DNA of 64,000 nucleotides. Origin: Podarcis filfolensis (taxonomy: Eukaryota). Position numbers and translations under genes: made by a program. The stretch lies in assembly GCA_964270895.1 (NCBI GenBank), contig OZ185440.1, one strand, 5' to 3'. Below the pieces are notes generated by a model that was given only the letters and a program-made list of their open reading frames with translations, ran no database searches and was not told the origin of the DNA. How positions within the stretch are numbered: position 1 is the stretch's first letter; each line of letters opens with the position of its first letter. Positions 27,320 to 38,823 of the stretch are shown piece by piece.

Positions 27320-27785
27320 AGTAAACAAGGCCAGCCGGTGAAACTTGAGCTAAGGCTTGCACTCGCGACCACTATCATTCTGCAGACTTCCATTTGAAAT
27401 GAAATGCTACTATACCCTGAAAGTCCAATGAAATCCTCAACAGTACTATGGAAATTTACTGGAAAAGGAGCAGGTCAGGAAAGCTACTCCCAGTTGCATA
27501 CAAGGAAGGGGATCTTCAGACTACTTTGACAACAGTAAATCAGCAACAGCATTTTTAAAGAGTCAAAGAGGTAGATTCACTTGTATTTCTATTCCCCAAT
27601 ATCTTGGTCTGAAGGCAGCTGTCTCAGCTGTCACATCACACAGGCCTGCGGCTCACCACCTCAAATTAGAAGTGATGGAAACCAAAACCTTTTTATCCAG
27701 GGAGAGAGCCTAGATGATATAGCCCTCACCTCAAATACACACACATGCCCACAAGAAAAGGGGAACAGCAGGGGACGTGGGAGGA

Positions 27786-28001
27786 TTTGATTTATTAATT
27801 TCATTTATATATCACCTTTTCCTTCGAGGAGCTCAGTGTGTCTACATGGCTCTCCCCTCCCCAGTTTATCCCCACATCAACCCTGTGAGGTAGTTTGGCT
27901 GAGAAATCCAAGGTCACCCAGTGAGCTTCATGGCTGACTAGAGATTCAAATTCTGGTCTCCCAAGTCATAGCCCAACACTTTAACCATTAAAACACACTG
28001 G
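27786..28001 (-). mobile_element. MIR-related squamate SINE (Squam3-like)
   Basis: tRNA-like head CCAGTGTG..TGGTTAAAGTGTTGG, CORE-like AGCTCACTGGGTGACCTTGG, TAAA-rich tail; second copy at 52708-52918. Confidence 0.75.
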
Positions 28002-31000
28002 ATTGAGAACAAACACAATCACACAAATGCAGAAAGGTTATGTCTGATGTTGAAGCCATAAAGTTAACAGGAACTGCTGCCTAAGTACCATCAAGATGGC
28101 TATAGGAAGAGTGGAGTGCATGTGTGTACAGATTCAACCCAATGTCTTCCAGTGGTGGAAATGTGGTGTTTCCAAGGTGTTCCCATGTTCAGATTCATTT
28201 TTTCTATTTTTTACCAACTTGTTGAAGCCAGAGAAATATGAATTTTTTACACATCACTTATTGAAAGTGCAACCATTTTTTCCTGTACCCCAAACAATTG
28301 TTGCATTACACACAGCATAAGATAATTCCTCTATACATTTTCACATCCCTTGGCTTCTGCTGGGAGATAAGTCACCTCCTTAGGGTCACCCTATAAAAAG
28401 CGCAAAATGGCAATTTACACCCTTGCCTCTGACCTGAAGCCTTTATCCAATGTGAAATGCAACCAGAATACTTCACGCTAAGCCAAATGGGCCTGTGTTA
28501 TCACAAGACCAAAAAGGCTTTAGATGTAAGGGCATGTCTCTGGTTTCATTGGAGTTTCTTGCATCCTGTCTGTACTCCTGTGTGAAAAGCTAGCTAGTCT
28601 AGGCTAAGAAACAGAAAAGCTACCTGGTTTGCTCTCTGGCTAAGAGTAAGAAAGACCTTTCCCAAAAAACCCCAATGTTTTGAACACTGTACCATAAATA
28701 TTCCTTAGGGTTAAAATCTAAGCTGCACTTTAATTGGTATAACTGTTTTAACTTCCTTGTCCTTTGTGTTGCTTTTCCTAAGCTTCCCCTGCTCACTGAA
28801 GTTTTGAACTGGATAATTCAAACATTCAGAACCAATTAAGCTTCTTCATTCATATACTAATGTGTGAGGTTGGGTAGCTCTGCACTGAATACAAAAGAAG
28901 TGCCCAGTATTAGTTCAACCCCTGCCTATGACAGCAAGATGTCATTAACTACTTTGGTCTAAATGTCTGGTACATTGATAACTACAAATCAAATCTATGA
29001 GCTCCTGCAAAAGCTGGTTAGCCTACTCAGTCACCTCAGGGCTGAACTGGAGCATGAGCATATTGGTTTGGCTAGATGCTGACTCCCTGGATCTGTGGCA
29101 CCTGCCATGAAGAGGCAGCCTCAAGACCAGAGAGGATTGTTATTACAAAAATACACCACGTGTGTAAGAAAGCAGTCTGAATCTACTCTGGCAGAGTACC
29201 ACTTTCTGTCACTTGCAGCAAAAAAAAGCCTTGGGCTGATGAGGCAAATGCATGGCAGATTTGACCCTACTCAAAAACCTGTATCTTGACCCCAATAGTC
29301 AATGCTTCCTGCAGCATAAACTGGCACTAAATACAGACTATTATGGCACAATCGTCTGCTTACACCCTTCCTCCTCAGTCAGCCAACCAATCTCCACTGT
29401 TATAGCATAACAGTTGTATCTTACGGGAAAGCTTGATGCAAGCAGTGCTAGGCAGCGAAGCAAAGAAGGTTTGAGACAGACGGGGGGGGGGGGGGGGGAG
29501 CCGAAGCATCCTTGAGAGCCTGCTACAGCCCTTCCCAGCCAGTGTGGAAGCCATTCTGGCACACCCCTGATGGCTCCAACTTCTACCCCAGCACTTGCTG
29601 AGCTAATCACCACCTGGGGTGTACTGACCTTTCTTGATGTCAACATTTGCTCTATTGTCAGCTTGCACAAAGAAGCTGCCTGTGCGTTCCTTCCAGAGGG
29701 AATTATAAAGCAGCATTACCCAGTAACAGATTAGGCCACAAAAGCTAGTGCTGCTACATAACTTTGCAGAAAGGCACAAACCCTTATTCCATATGCACTA
29801 TGAAAGTGGGAGGTTTTTAACATCATGGCCTAAAATCTTGGACTAGGAGTCTGCCATTCCTGGCTATGGATCTAATAAACAAAGAAAGGGAAGCAAGTCA
29901 GGGTCCATATCCAGCTAAAGATATACCTTGGCGAGTTGTCACTATCTGGGCTTTGCTAGGAAGAGGGCTAAATGTCATAATCCCTACTAGTGAGCTGCCT
30001 GGAACCTGTGTGACAATTTAACACGAGCAGAATGACAGAATTCAGGGTGCAATAGGGAGTGGCTGCTCCAGTGCTTCTGAAAATACAATGGGCAGCAAAG
30101 GCAGGTTAAAGCTGCCTGAATAGTGACAGGTCCACAACAGAGCACTCTACAAAGCCACAATGGAAGATGTGTGTTGTTTAACAGAAATAACAATTTCCAC
30201 CCTGCAGAACTTTACTCAACAGAAGGGGAGAAAAATAAACTGTTCAGGACTAACCCTAAACTGCTTTTTAATTTCTTTCAGGCCAAAGTATCTCAGTTTC
30301 AACCAGGAAAATAAAATTTCTGCAGTATGTATAATTTATTCAAAGTGAGTGCACTTATTCTGCTTTTCCTAGACATGGAGCTATGCAGGCCACAGAGCTC
30401 CAGTTCCATGGCCCCTAGGAAACTTACAAGGTATCCCTGGCTTTCAATATTTCATCAGATATTGTTCACACATTTTCAAGCCCACCTTCAAAAACCTGGA
30501 GACTAGAAATGTTCCTTTTCATTTAAAGATAAATTATATTCATCATAATCAATTATAATGAATTATACATATGCCCAATGTGGGAAACGGGAGCAGATTG
30601 GAGTTCTACTTACACTTGAGTGAAATCTCCAAAAACACATAGTTATAGATATTTCTAAGTATCATTCCTTAACAACCTCTCAAAAACAGCTCCAAGCTCA
30701 TGCTTTTCTATCTTGTAAGTGTAGAATTTTATTCTTACAAACAGGCAGCAACAGTTAAGACACCAATCACTTGGCAAAGTGAAATCTTCACTATTATCAT
30801 AACACAGACTGCCCCACAACTTAAGATGGAGCCTCAAGAAATATGGTGCCCTTTCAGTAACTAGTACCACAGCATCCATTCTTCTTGCTTCTCCTTGTTA
30901 ATGTCCATTATACAGCACATCACACTCCAGAGATAGGGATAGTTTACCTGGATACAGATAAAGAGCTGTTTTACTGCAATATACCGTAGTGACTATGAGT

Positions 31001-31645
31001 GTGAGCTTTGATTGGGAAGTCCATCTTCAATCCACACATAAACTCACTAGATAGTCTTGAATAAACTACTATTCATCAGCTTCAACATTCAATCTGCAAC
31101 ATGGGAACAAAAATACTTGTCTACAGTATATGGTTATTTCTGATCTTTCAAAAATGCATTGTATAAATCTGAAGCACAATTGTATTTTAATTAGCAGCCT
31201 GCCTTCCACAAGGCCACCACAAAGAATTTTGAGAAATAGCTGCAAAAGCATTACACTGAAGGAATGTGGAACAATTACATAGGTAAGATCCTCTTTAGCC
31301 TTGAACCAAGTGGTGGCACTCACTCTAGTCTAGCATATTTGCCAGTGAAGTTGTGGTATGCCTGTAGCAGAGGTGGGCCACCTGCTAACCAATTTTTAAA
31401 AACCCTCAGCAAGCCATCTCTGGCAAGAGTGATCTCCCCCTGCCCCCAGCCTGCTGGCCAGGGAGGAGGAGGAGAAGGAGGAGAGAGGGAGAGAAAGAGA
31501 GAGAGAAGTAAGGAGTGGCAGAAAAGAGAAAGGAAAGCTGGTGGCAGCCCCACCCATGATCAGCATGCAGTCCCCGACAGACAACTGCTAAGGGAATGAG
31601 GCCCTCAAAAATAAAAGGTTACTCTCATTACAAAATTCATGTAAA

Positions 31646-31765
31646 TATAGGAAGCTGCCTTATACTATGACAGACTATTCTAAGTGGAAGGAGCTCTCCA
31701 GGGTCTGAGACAGAGGTCTTTCCCATCACCTGCCATCAGAACCTTTTACATGGAGATGCCAGGAG
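31646..31765 (-). mobile_element. Degenerate SINE of the family at 14197-14537
   Basis: Shared ATAGGAAGCTGCCTTATAC start and GCTCTCCAGGG body. Confidence 0.55.
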
Positions 31766-32554
31766 TCATAGCCAGTATTACAATACCATTTAAATAACTC
31801 CTGTGAATTAGGGAACATTTATACCTACATCTAAAAGAGAACAGAGGCAGGTGATTACACAACTGCCAAAAGAATAAAGCAGTCACCAGACGACAGTTCA
31901 TCTTCCAGGTGTGTTTCTAAAGGCCACTTTGCTTTCTACAACTAGAGGGTATCTCCTGAGGAGTGAAGCTAAAGGAGAAAGCCCAAAGTGCCATGAGTTC
32001 TGACTATGACATGCTAAGGATTCAATGAGTAGCAAGATGCCCCCTGGGTATGCTGTCAGGGCAGATCATTACTTCTGCAAATGCCCCCTCAAGCCAGCAG
32101 CAGTAGTGTCAGCCCCCCCACCAGGCTCATCATGATACGCTCTCAGAAGGAGGTAAGCGGAGGAAAGGTTCCCAGATTATAACATAAGGACCAATATTAC
32201 TGCCACTCCAAAGAGAGAGAGTGTGTGCGATTCAATGGGATTCAGAGGCTACAGTAGTGCAAATTAAACCGTGAAGCCAATGTCAGAGACCAATAACACG
32301 CCAAGGGCACTCTCAATCCCCTGAAAAAGATCAAGATGGGAGCAGCTATGCCCACCGAATAGGTGAAGTACAAAACTACTGGAACTCAAGACAGGATTGC
32401 CTGAGACAAATGTACACTAAAAGCCTGAGCACATTGAAAGCTCCTAATCCCGTGTGCCGAAATTAACTGGGGTGCAGGATAAGCACTTCCACCCAAGCCA
32501 CCCCGCAACCCCAACACAGGTACCCTAAAGCGGCCCCTCCTCCCCACCTCTCAC

Positions 32555-32629
32555 CTTCTCCACGTTCTCCACGGTGAAGTCCAGGGTCTGCGGGAGGGCA
32601 GCGGCGGCAGCCTCCCCTCGGCGCTCCAT
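32555..32629 (-). CDS. IPO13: Importin-13 coding exon 1 (MERRGEAAAAALPQTLDFTVENVEK)
   Basis: ATG in strong Kozak context (GGCGCCATGG); 75 nt; donor GTGAGA; LDFTVENVEK conserved with importin-13. Confidence 0.96.
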
Positions 32630-33800
32630 GGCGCCGGCACGCCGACGGTCTGAGCCTCGCCCTGCACTGGGGCTCAGCTACAGGGGGGTAGGCGGCGGCG
32701 GCGACAGCGGCGGCAGCATCTTGGGGTGGAAGGACGGGCGAAAGAAGAGAAGAGCAGCCTCCCAAACGAGAGAGAAAGGGCAATTCTCTCTGCCTGTGTC
32801 TCGCCCGAAGGAAAGGGGAGTGCTACGTGTGCTCAGCCTGTCAATGGGAGGGGTTTTTCTTTTTTTAAAAAGGGGTGGGGGCTGCCGGATTCTTTCCCAA
32901 TATTCTTCTTTTTTAAAGGCGCGATGTCTTATCAGCTTCTCTGCAAGAGGGATACATGCCTAGCTGCCCCCCCCCACAGGGTGATGTGGGGGAGACGGGA
33001 CTCTCAGCAGGGAAAGAAGGGGAGAATATCCCGCCTGTTCCCAACAAGATTCAGAGTGAATGGAAGCTACCTGCCTCCGCCCCGGTAAAGCGCACGGACT
33101 ATCTGCGCCCCGCCTTGAGCGGGATTATTGGGAGGGAGGGAGCACAGAAAAGGCTTGATAAACTGACGCAAATTTCCTGGGGAAGCGGGGAATCTGTCCT
33201 TCTGCCCTTAATGGCGGAGGAGGTACCTGCCTATCACCCGCCACAGACACAGACAGACAGAAGGGCGTCTGCCGGTCTCGTACTCGCCCGGCCCCTCCCG
33301 CTCAACGCCCCCCGAGGAGGGTCGCTCTATCTGCCTGAGGCTGCAACCGCTGCCGCCGCCACCGCCGCCGAGACGCCTCCCTGGCCGCTCAGTCGGACTA
33401 ATTGACTGGCAGTTGGGCCGGGCACCCAGTGGGGCACCCAGTGAGAGCGGAGGGAGGGAGGGCCTCACGCGCTGCCGGGTTGTCTTCGCCAAAAGCCCTC
33501 TTGCCAGCTCGCTCGCTCGCTCGCTTCCAGTCAGGCGCCAAGAACAGCCGCTTCCCGCTGAGGACCAAGCTTGTGGCGGAAGGATCATGGGAGTTGTAGT
33601 TCTCAGCTCCGGAAGCGAGAGAGACATTGGCCGAGGGGTGCTCATGGGAGTTGTAGTTCTTGCAGTGTGGCGAGTCTCTGCCTACTGCACCCCCTGGTGG
33701 CGGGGAAAAAATAGTGAATCTCAGCTAAGCAGTGGGATTCTGCGAGACTGGGGCGGACGAAGTTGGAAGTGGCATCCCGGTAAGGGAGTCTGGTCCAGGT
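32590..33800 (-). promoter_or_regulatory. IPO13: CpG island covering the IPO13 promoter and 5'UTR
   Basis: Dense CpG. Two ACTACAACTCCCATGA motifs (33582-33600, 33641-33657), ETS CCGGAAG 33609-33615, CCAAT (ATTGG) 33626-33630, GC box 33750-33757, YY1-like AATGGCGG near 33210, CTCF-like site 33687-33700. TSS not determined. Confidence 0.85.
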
Positions 33801-35566
33801 ACCTCGTAGCAGCAGCAAATTTGCAGCTGGTATAAAATAGAATGTTATGGAAACGCTTAGGTAACCCATAAATCACTCAAAGCAACTTACACAAGCATTC
33901 CCAATCCCGGTAGACAACCTTTCAAGTGGCATTGGTGGGTGGGGTCAGGTGTAAAAGGACGCAGAGCATCGGATGTGACTCACCTTTGCGTAGTGGGCTA
34001 CTTTTTACAGTTCAATGACATGTTCTGGTCAGATAAAAAAGCTGAAGGGGGCACAGAGCATGGTCAGTGACAATGCTGGATTAAACCCTGTGGAGGCCCC
34101 ATGGCAGTTGAAATATTGGGGGAGGGCTCACAAATTATCTCCTAATACATTTTTTGTAATTTCTTAAAAGACCAAGTCAATATTATTTTGATCCATTGTC
34201 GAGGGTCCCCTAAAAGGCATAGGCCCATAGGCCAGTCAGTGAAGGATGTGGCCTGGGAGGTCTCAGGGCGGGAAAGAGAATTTGGAGAGCTACAATCAGC
34301 CCCCATCCCTGAGGTTCCTCAGCCCTGCTTAAACATTTAAACAACAAACAACCAAACCCTAAGACCACACCAGTCCCAGCAACATAAAAAACAAAACTAG
34401 GTGTCTTTATGAACCTGGGCAGAAAGGGGGGGGGGCAGCTACTTTACAGATGCACTCCTACACTCTTCGACAGAGTAAGTCACCAGGACTAACTTCTAAG
34501 TAAACACTGCACAACAGGCGCCAGTATAAACACTGCTTAAGCTACTTGTGTGGTAGGCACTAGTCCAGGATTTAGTAATGTGTGAAACGTGTTTGCATAA
34601 CTAACTGCTGGAGTACATGCAGTTATGCGTGCCTAATTTGTTATTACCATCACTTGTGTTTAAAGATTCTTTATTATTTGTTTATCCAATCCTGATCGGT
34701 AGTTGGATTTGTTCTTTTTAATGATTGGTGTAGACGGCAGGTTGTAAATATATTAATTAATAAATAAAATAGCTTACCACTGATGTTTACTACCTGCTAA
34801 GTTTGAAAACATCTCAGATTATTCTGACCAGTGTGGGAGATGTGATTTGTACAATGTTGTCTCTAGTTTTAATGGGGTCTTACTTTTCATAATTTTTGTT
34901 TTCAGTGTGGAAAAGTCACTCCAACAGAACTCCCTTTTTCCTTTCAGGAATGTGTTGATAGATGCCAGCTTAACCTTGGCTCAAATTGGAGAAGCTCAGC
35001 AGTACAATCTATTTTTTACCACCTGTGCTGTTGTTAGAAATGAATAAAATAACATATTCTAAGCATTTCAGAGGTTTCTAGAGCTTATTTTTATAATATC
35101 TGGCAACCATTTACCAACACTGGATGTCAGCGGATTCAGTTTTGAATAAAGGAATGTCAACTGCCATGTTAAGATGGACTAGTCTGTAATACTTTTCACA
35201 AAGTTACTTAATGTTTGTTGCATAAAACCCTCTTTTTACCCTGAAACTGAGGTGCGAGGACTCCCAGGATTTGCAGGTTTTTACCTAGAAAGGAAGCAGC
35301 TCTTAGTAAATTCTCCTAGGCACTGCTGGCCAGAGTTCAATCTGCTGGCCTTTTAACTCACTTTCAACCAAGCACGTATAAATAAACAAGAGGTTTGGCA
35401 CATGGGTGATAAACTTTGAGATGACAAGGCACATAGTCAAATGCTTGTCTGCGCCCACACTTGCTTCAGAAACTATATTTATGAATTAAGCTGGTTTGCA
35501 TATTTGTTGTTTCCCCCCCTCCTACACAGATACACATGAAGCCAATTTCTCACTGCCTTAACAGGC

Positions 35567-35611
35567 TTTATTGCTACAGGAAGTTGCTGCTGTACAAAAA
35601 TAGAGTTTATT
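35567..35611 (-). terminator. ARTN: Tandem AATAAA polyadenylation signals, probable ARTN 3' end (3'UTR about 1.45 kb)
   Basis: Plus-strand TTTATT at 35606-35611 and 35567-35572. Confidence 0.65.
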
Positions 35612-37033
35612 CAAATGCAAATAAGGGGTAGAGAATATAAAAATCAGGAAAGGAAAAAGAGGAAATGCCTTTGATCAGGCCAAGAAGGGAAAAGGGAGTA
35701 GGAACTGCTGGTCACAGACCGGGACATAACATCAGCACCCGTTTTCAATGGTACACCAGGCCCGACTCTCAGCATCATAAATAGGTGCCACTGGGTGGGT
35801 AGGGTGGGGAGTGGGGTTCAAACAAATAAATAAATAAGTTAGAGAATAAATAACTTTGTTCAGAAAGTGTCACTTCTAGGACAGAGAGTTCCCCACCCTG
35901 CTGGCACCAAGTGATGGCTGACTCAGGGATTGGCAGGGGCTATTGCTGCTTCCAGTGTTGGCCTGGCAACTGTAGTGGCCAACCTCCAAGCTGCTGCTGG
36001 TGTGTTAGGGAATGTTGCAAACCAGGATGTTAACACCATCATTGGTTTTATAGGATAAGACCATTTTCTATAGCAATAGATGCCTTAATTACGCTGTGGA
36101 AACATAAGACTTCCATCAGCTGTGCTTCTCGATCTCCACAAGGTCCAGCCACCAGCCTCCCATCTGCCAAGGGCTTGTTCTCACCAGGAGAAGCTCCCCA
36201 AACCAGGTCAAAGATTCTAAGAATTACCACCATCTTAGTACAAAACCAGGAAGGTGCTCCATTCAGTCCTCAACAACTGTGCCGAACATCCCAGCACAAG
36301 ACTGACAGCAGTAGCAATCGCTGGACCGTCAGAGCACAAGCTCACCAGTTGTAGGTTGACCCTGATGCTGCTGCTAAGCATTGTGACTCTGTCCTTCATG
36401 TTCAACTACATCTGCTCTCTGATGGAGCAAACCAATTTGCTCAGGGAAAGGTTTGGGGGCTTAAAGTGGGAGAGAACATCAGCCTTGCAATTGACAGGGC
36501 CAGGTGACCTGAGCGAGCAGCCAATTCTTTCCACTGCCTGACAAAGTGGCAAGGAGTGATGCTCAAGAACCTACCCATTTGCACCACAGGTCTTTCAGGC
36601 TACATCCCTATCCTTCATCCCTTGAGTAAAGGTATGGGAAATCCCAGTGCTGCTTCTCCACTGGAGGGTGCAACTTGATGGGTGAGCAAATGCACAACAC
36701 GGTTGACGGACCAAACCCTAAAGGGGAGAATTCCTCCCAGTGTGGGTTTGCAGTCCTCAAAGGCTTGGCTGGCCTCCATCTCACCATCTTGCTGCTATGA
36801 GGAAAGTACCCTATGAAAATGTTCCACAGATGTGGAGATGAAGGCCCAGGCACCTTCGAGCTGTGGCCATCATGCTCTCCTCCTGCTTATTGTCCATGTG
36901 CTGCTTCTGCCTGACCTGGAAAGCCCCACCACAGACCGTGTCTCTCCGTGTCTCATGCCCCACCAATGGAGCAAGGCCCTAGGCATGGCTGCAGCCTCAG
37001 TGACAAACTGCGAGCTTGGAGTAGGCAGCCCCC

Positions 37034-37455
37034 TCAGCCCACACAGCCACACTCTGCTGCTGAGACATGGTCCACAGTCTGCCAGGCATTGCGCACATTC
37101 ATAAAGGAGAAGTCCTCATACCGGGTGGGGCGGCAGCAGGGGTGGGAGGAAGGGTGGTCATGAGGCCCAGGCACGATGGTGCGTTGCTGTAGCAGGCTAC
37201 TCAAGGCCAAGTCATAGTTGGTGCGGGCTCGCTGGCACGACCCACTGCAGTACTTGAACCGCACAATCTCCTCCGACTCGAAGCCCAGCCCAAGGTCCCG
37301 CACCTTCACCAGGCGGCTGTGCAGGCGGCAGAAGCGGCTGTTTTTGCTGCGACCGGCTTTCTTGGATCCTTTCTTGGCCTTGCTGGAGCTGGCTGGGGAG
37401 CGCTCAGCCCTGAGCAGTTCCGAAGAGCTCAGCCTGTCTATGGTCACGTTTCCCC
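37034..37455 (-). CDS. ARTN: Artemin last coding exon: RXXR furin site (RAER) and GDNF-family cystine-knot mature domain
   Basis: CRL...LGLG...FKYCSGSC...CCRPTRYE...CGCVG* seven-cysteine pattern; CAG acceptor, phase 1; synteny between ST3GAL3 and IPO13. Confidence 0.98.
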
Positions 37456-37787
37456 CTGAAGGAAAAAAAGAAGAGGGGCGAGCAGAAAGGAGGACATGGG
37501 GAGAATGTTAGGCACCGGGAATCAAGGAAAAGGGCATGGGGCTCAATCTGCCCAAAAGATAACAGGCAGAAATATACCTATTTCCATTTGCTCTGCAAAT
37601 GGACTGCCTGTTTCAAAGGACATGGGGGGTGGGTAAATGATTTAAAGAGAGGCAAAGCATCACAGCAGTGCCTGAGACAAAGGAAGCTGGGGACCACTGT
37701 GTAGGTGAGGATCCAACTGGGAAAAGTTCAGATCCTCACTACCCCAGACTCTCACCCACTTCCCCATGAGACATGCCAGGTTCCTAC

Positions 37788-37980
37788 CGTGCCAGTGGCT
37801 CCATGTGCCCAGTGATGATGCTTCCCTGCTGTTTTCCTCCAGAGAGGCAGGGCTGGCAGTGCCCATGCTTCCATCAGAGGCAGCTCCCAATGTCTGGTTG
37901 TTGTGCCAGGTCTGCGGGGTTGCCATGACTGCACCAGCAAACAATGATAGCAGGGTGATTGTACCCCACAAACCCCGCTC
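37788..37980 (-). CDS. ARTN: Artemin second coding exon (signal-peptide core LWGTITLLSLFAGAVMA plus propeptide)
   Basis: 193 nt; TAG acceptor, G|GTAGGA donor (phase 1); hydrophobic segment resembles human LWPTLAALALLSSVAEA. Confidence 0.92.
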
Positions 37981-38398
37981 CTACGAAAGAGATAATGGCA
38001 CACCTTAGTAAGCACACCTCATGGAAACAAGGGCACAGAGAATGCAGCAGGGCTGTCCTACAAAGGAAGGTGTGATGAGGCAATGTGTTGTGCTGGAGTC
38101 TCGAGGCTACTTCACCTTCTAACGTGGGTGTCACTTCTGTGCTGGAAAACACATGCTGGCCATGTATATGTGCCATAATTGCACCATTATGTGAAAAGAT
38201 AAAGGTGCCCAGGAATCCATTTCATGACATGCATGCCAAGTGAGAAGCTACAGTTATAGATGCATGCAGCAAAGAAGACATATGCAAGTTCACATGAGCA
38301 ATGGACAAGCTTTGGCCTACATAAAAATGAAACCTATGTAAGAAAACTGCTATGTACAATGCGGCCCTCCAAGACAAGGTTCCCACAAGGGGAGAGGC

Positions 38399-38534
38399 CA
38401 GTGTTTCTCAAACTTGGGTCTCTAGCTGTTGTTGGACTACAACTCCCATCATCCCTGACCACTGGTTCTACTAACTTGGGGTGATGGGAGTTGTAGTCCA
38501 ACCACAGCTAGAGACCCAAGTTTGAGAAACACTG
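38399..38534. mobile_element. Fold-back hAT MITE in an ARTN intron
   Basis: Perfect 24-bp TIR CAGTGTTTCTCAAACTTGGGTCTC; TSD only 6/8 (GGAGAGGC / GGCTAGGC). Confidence 0.9.
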
Positions 38535-38733
38535 GGCTAGGCTAACAGAGAGCAGCAAAGAACCAGATTCATGCATTGGAAACCCAAGGCAAGTGATGTA
38601 CCAAGAAGCCATTCCATCTCTCATACATTGGGAGAGCTGGGATCCTCCTGCAGACAAGGGCCTTTCTACCTACCCGTTGCTTCTGAGGCTCCTGCTCCTG
38701 TGTTGAAAACACCCTCTGGCGAGGCTAACTCAC

Positions 38734-38823
38734 CCTGTATCGCTCTTGTTGGACAGGCAAACTCCTGTAGGCAGAGGGAGATCTGTCCGATCTGTGCCTT
38801 GGCCCCTCCACTCTCCACTCCAT
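38734..38823 (-). CDS. ARTN: Artemin first coding exon (MEWRVEGPRHRSDRSPSAYRSLPVQQERYR); exon starts at 38828
   Basis: Acceptor TCTTTGTGTTGCAG, ATG in AGGATGG context, 90 coding nt, strong donor AGG|GTGAGT in phase 0 matching the next exon. Low sequence conservation, so assigned by splice signals and phase. Confidence 0.8.

Larger units (their letters stand above)
188..32629 (-). other. IPO13: IPO13 gene span (coding exons 1-15; 3' exons lie outside the window to the left)
   Basis: 15 exons with GT-AG boundaries sum to 2388 nt (796 codons) in one continuous frame; translation matches recalled vertebrate importin-13 nearly residue for residue. Confidence 0.98.

Noticed and set aside
32574-33835. 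Several 120-150-aa ORFs antisense to or upstream of IPO13 exon 1
   Set aside because: CpG-island artefacts with no recognisable homology.
37874-38176. ORF MAHIHGQHVF... as the ARTN first coding exon
   Set aside because: The only phase-0 donor is weak (GAA|GTGACA); 38828-38734 has much better splice signals and Kozak context.
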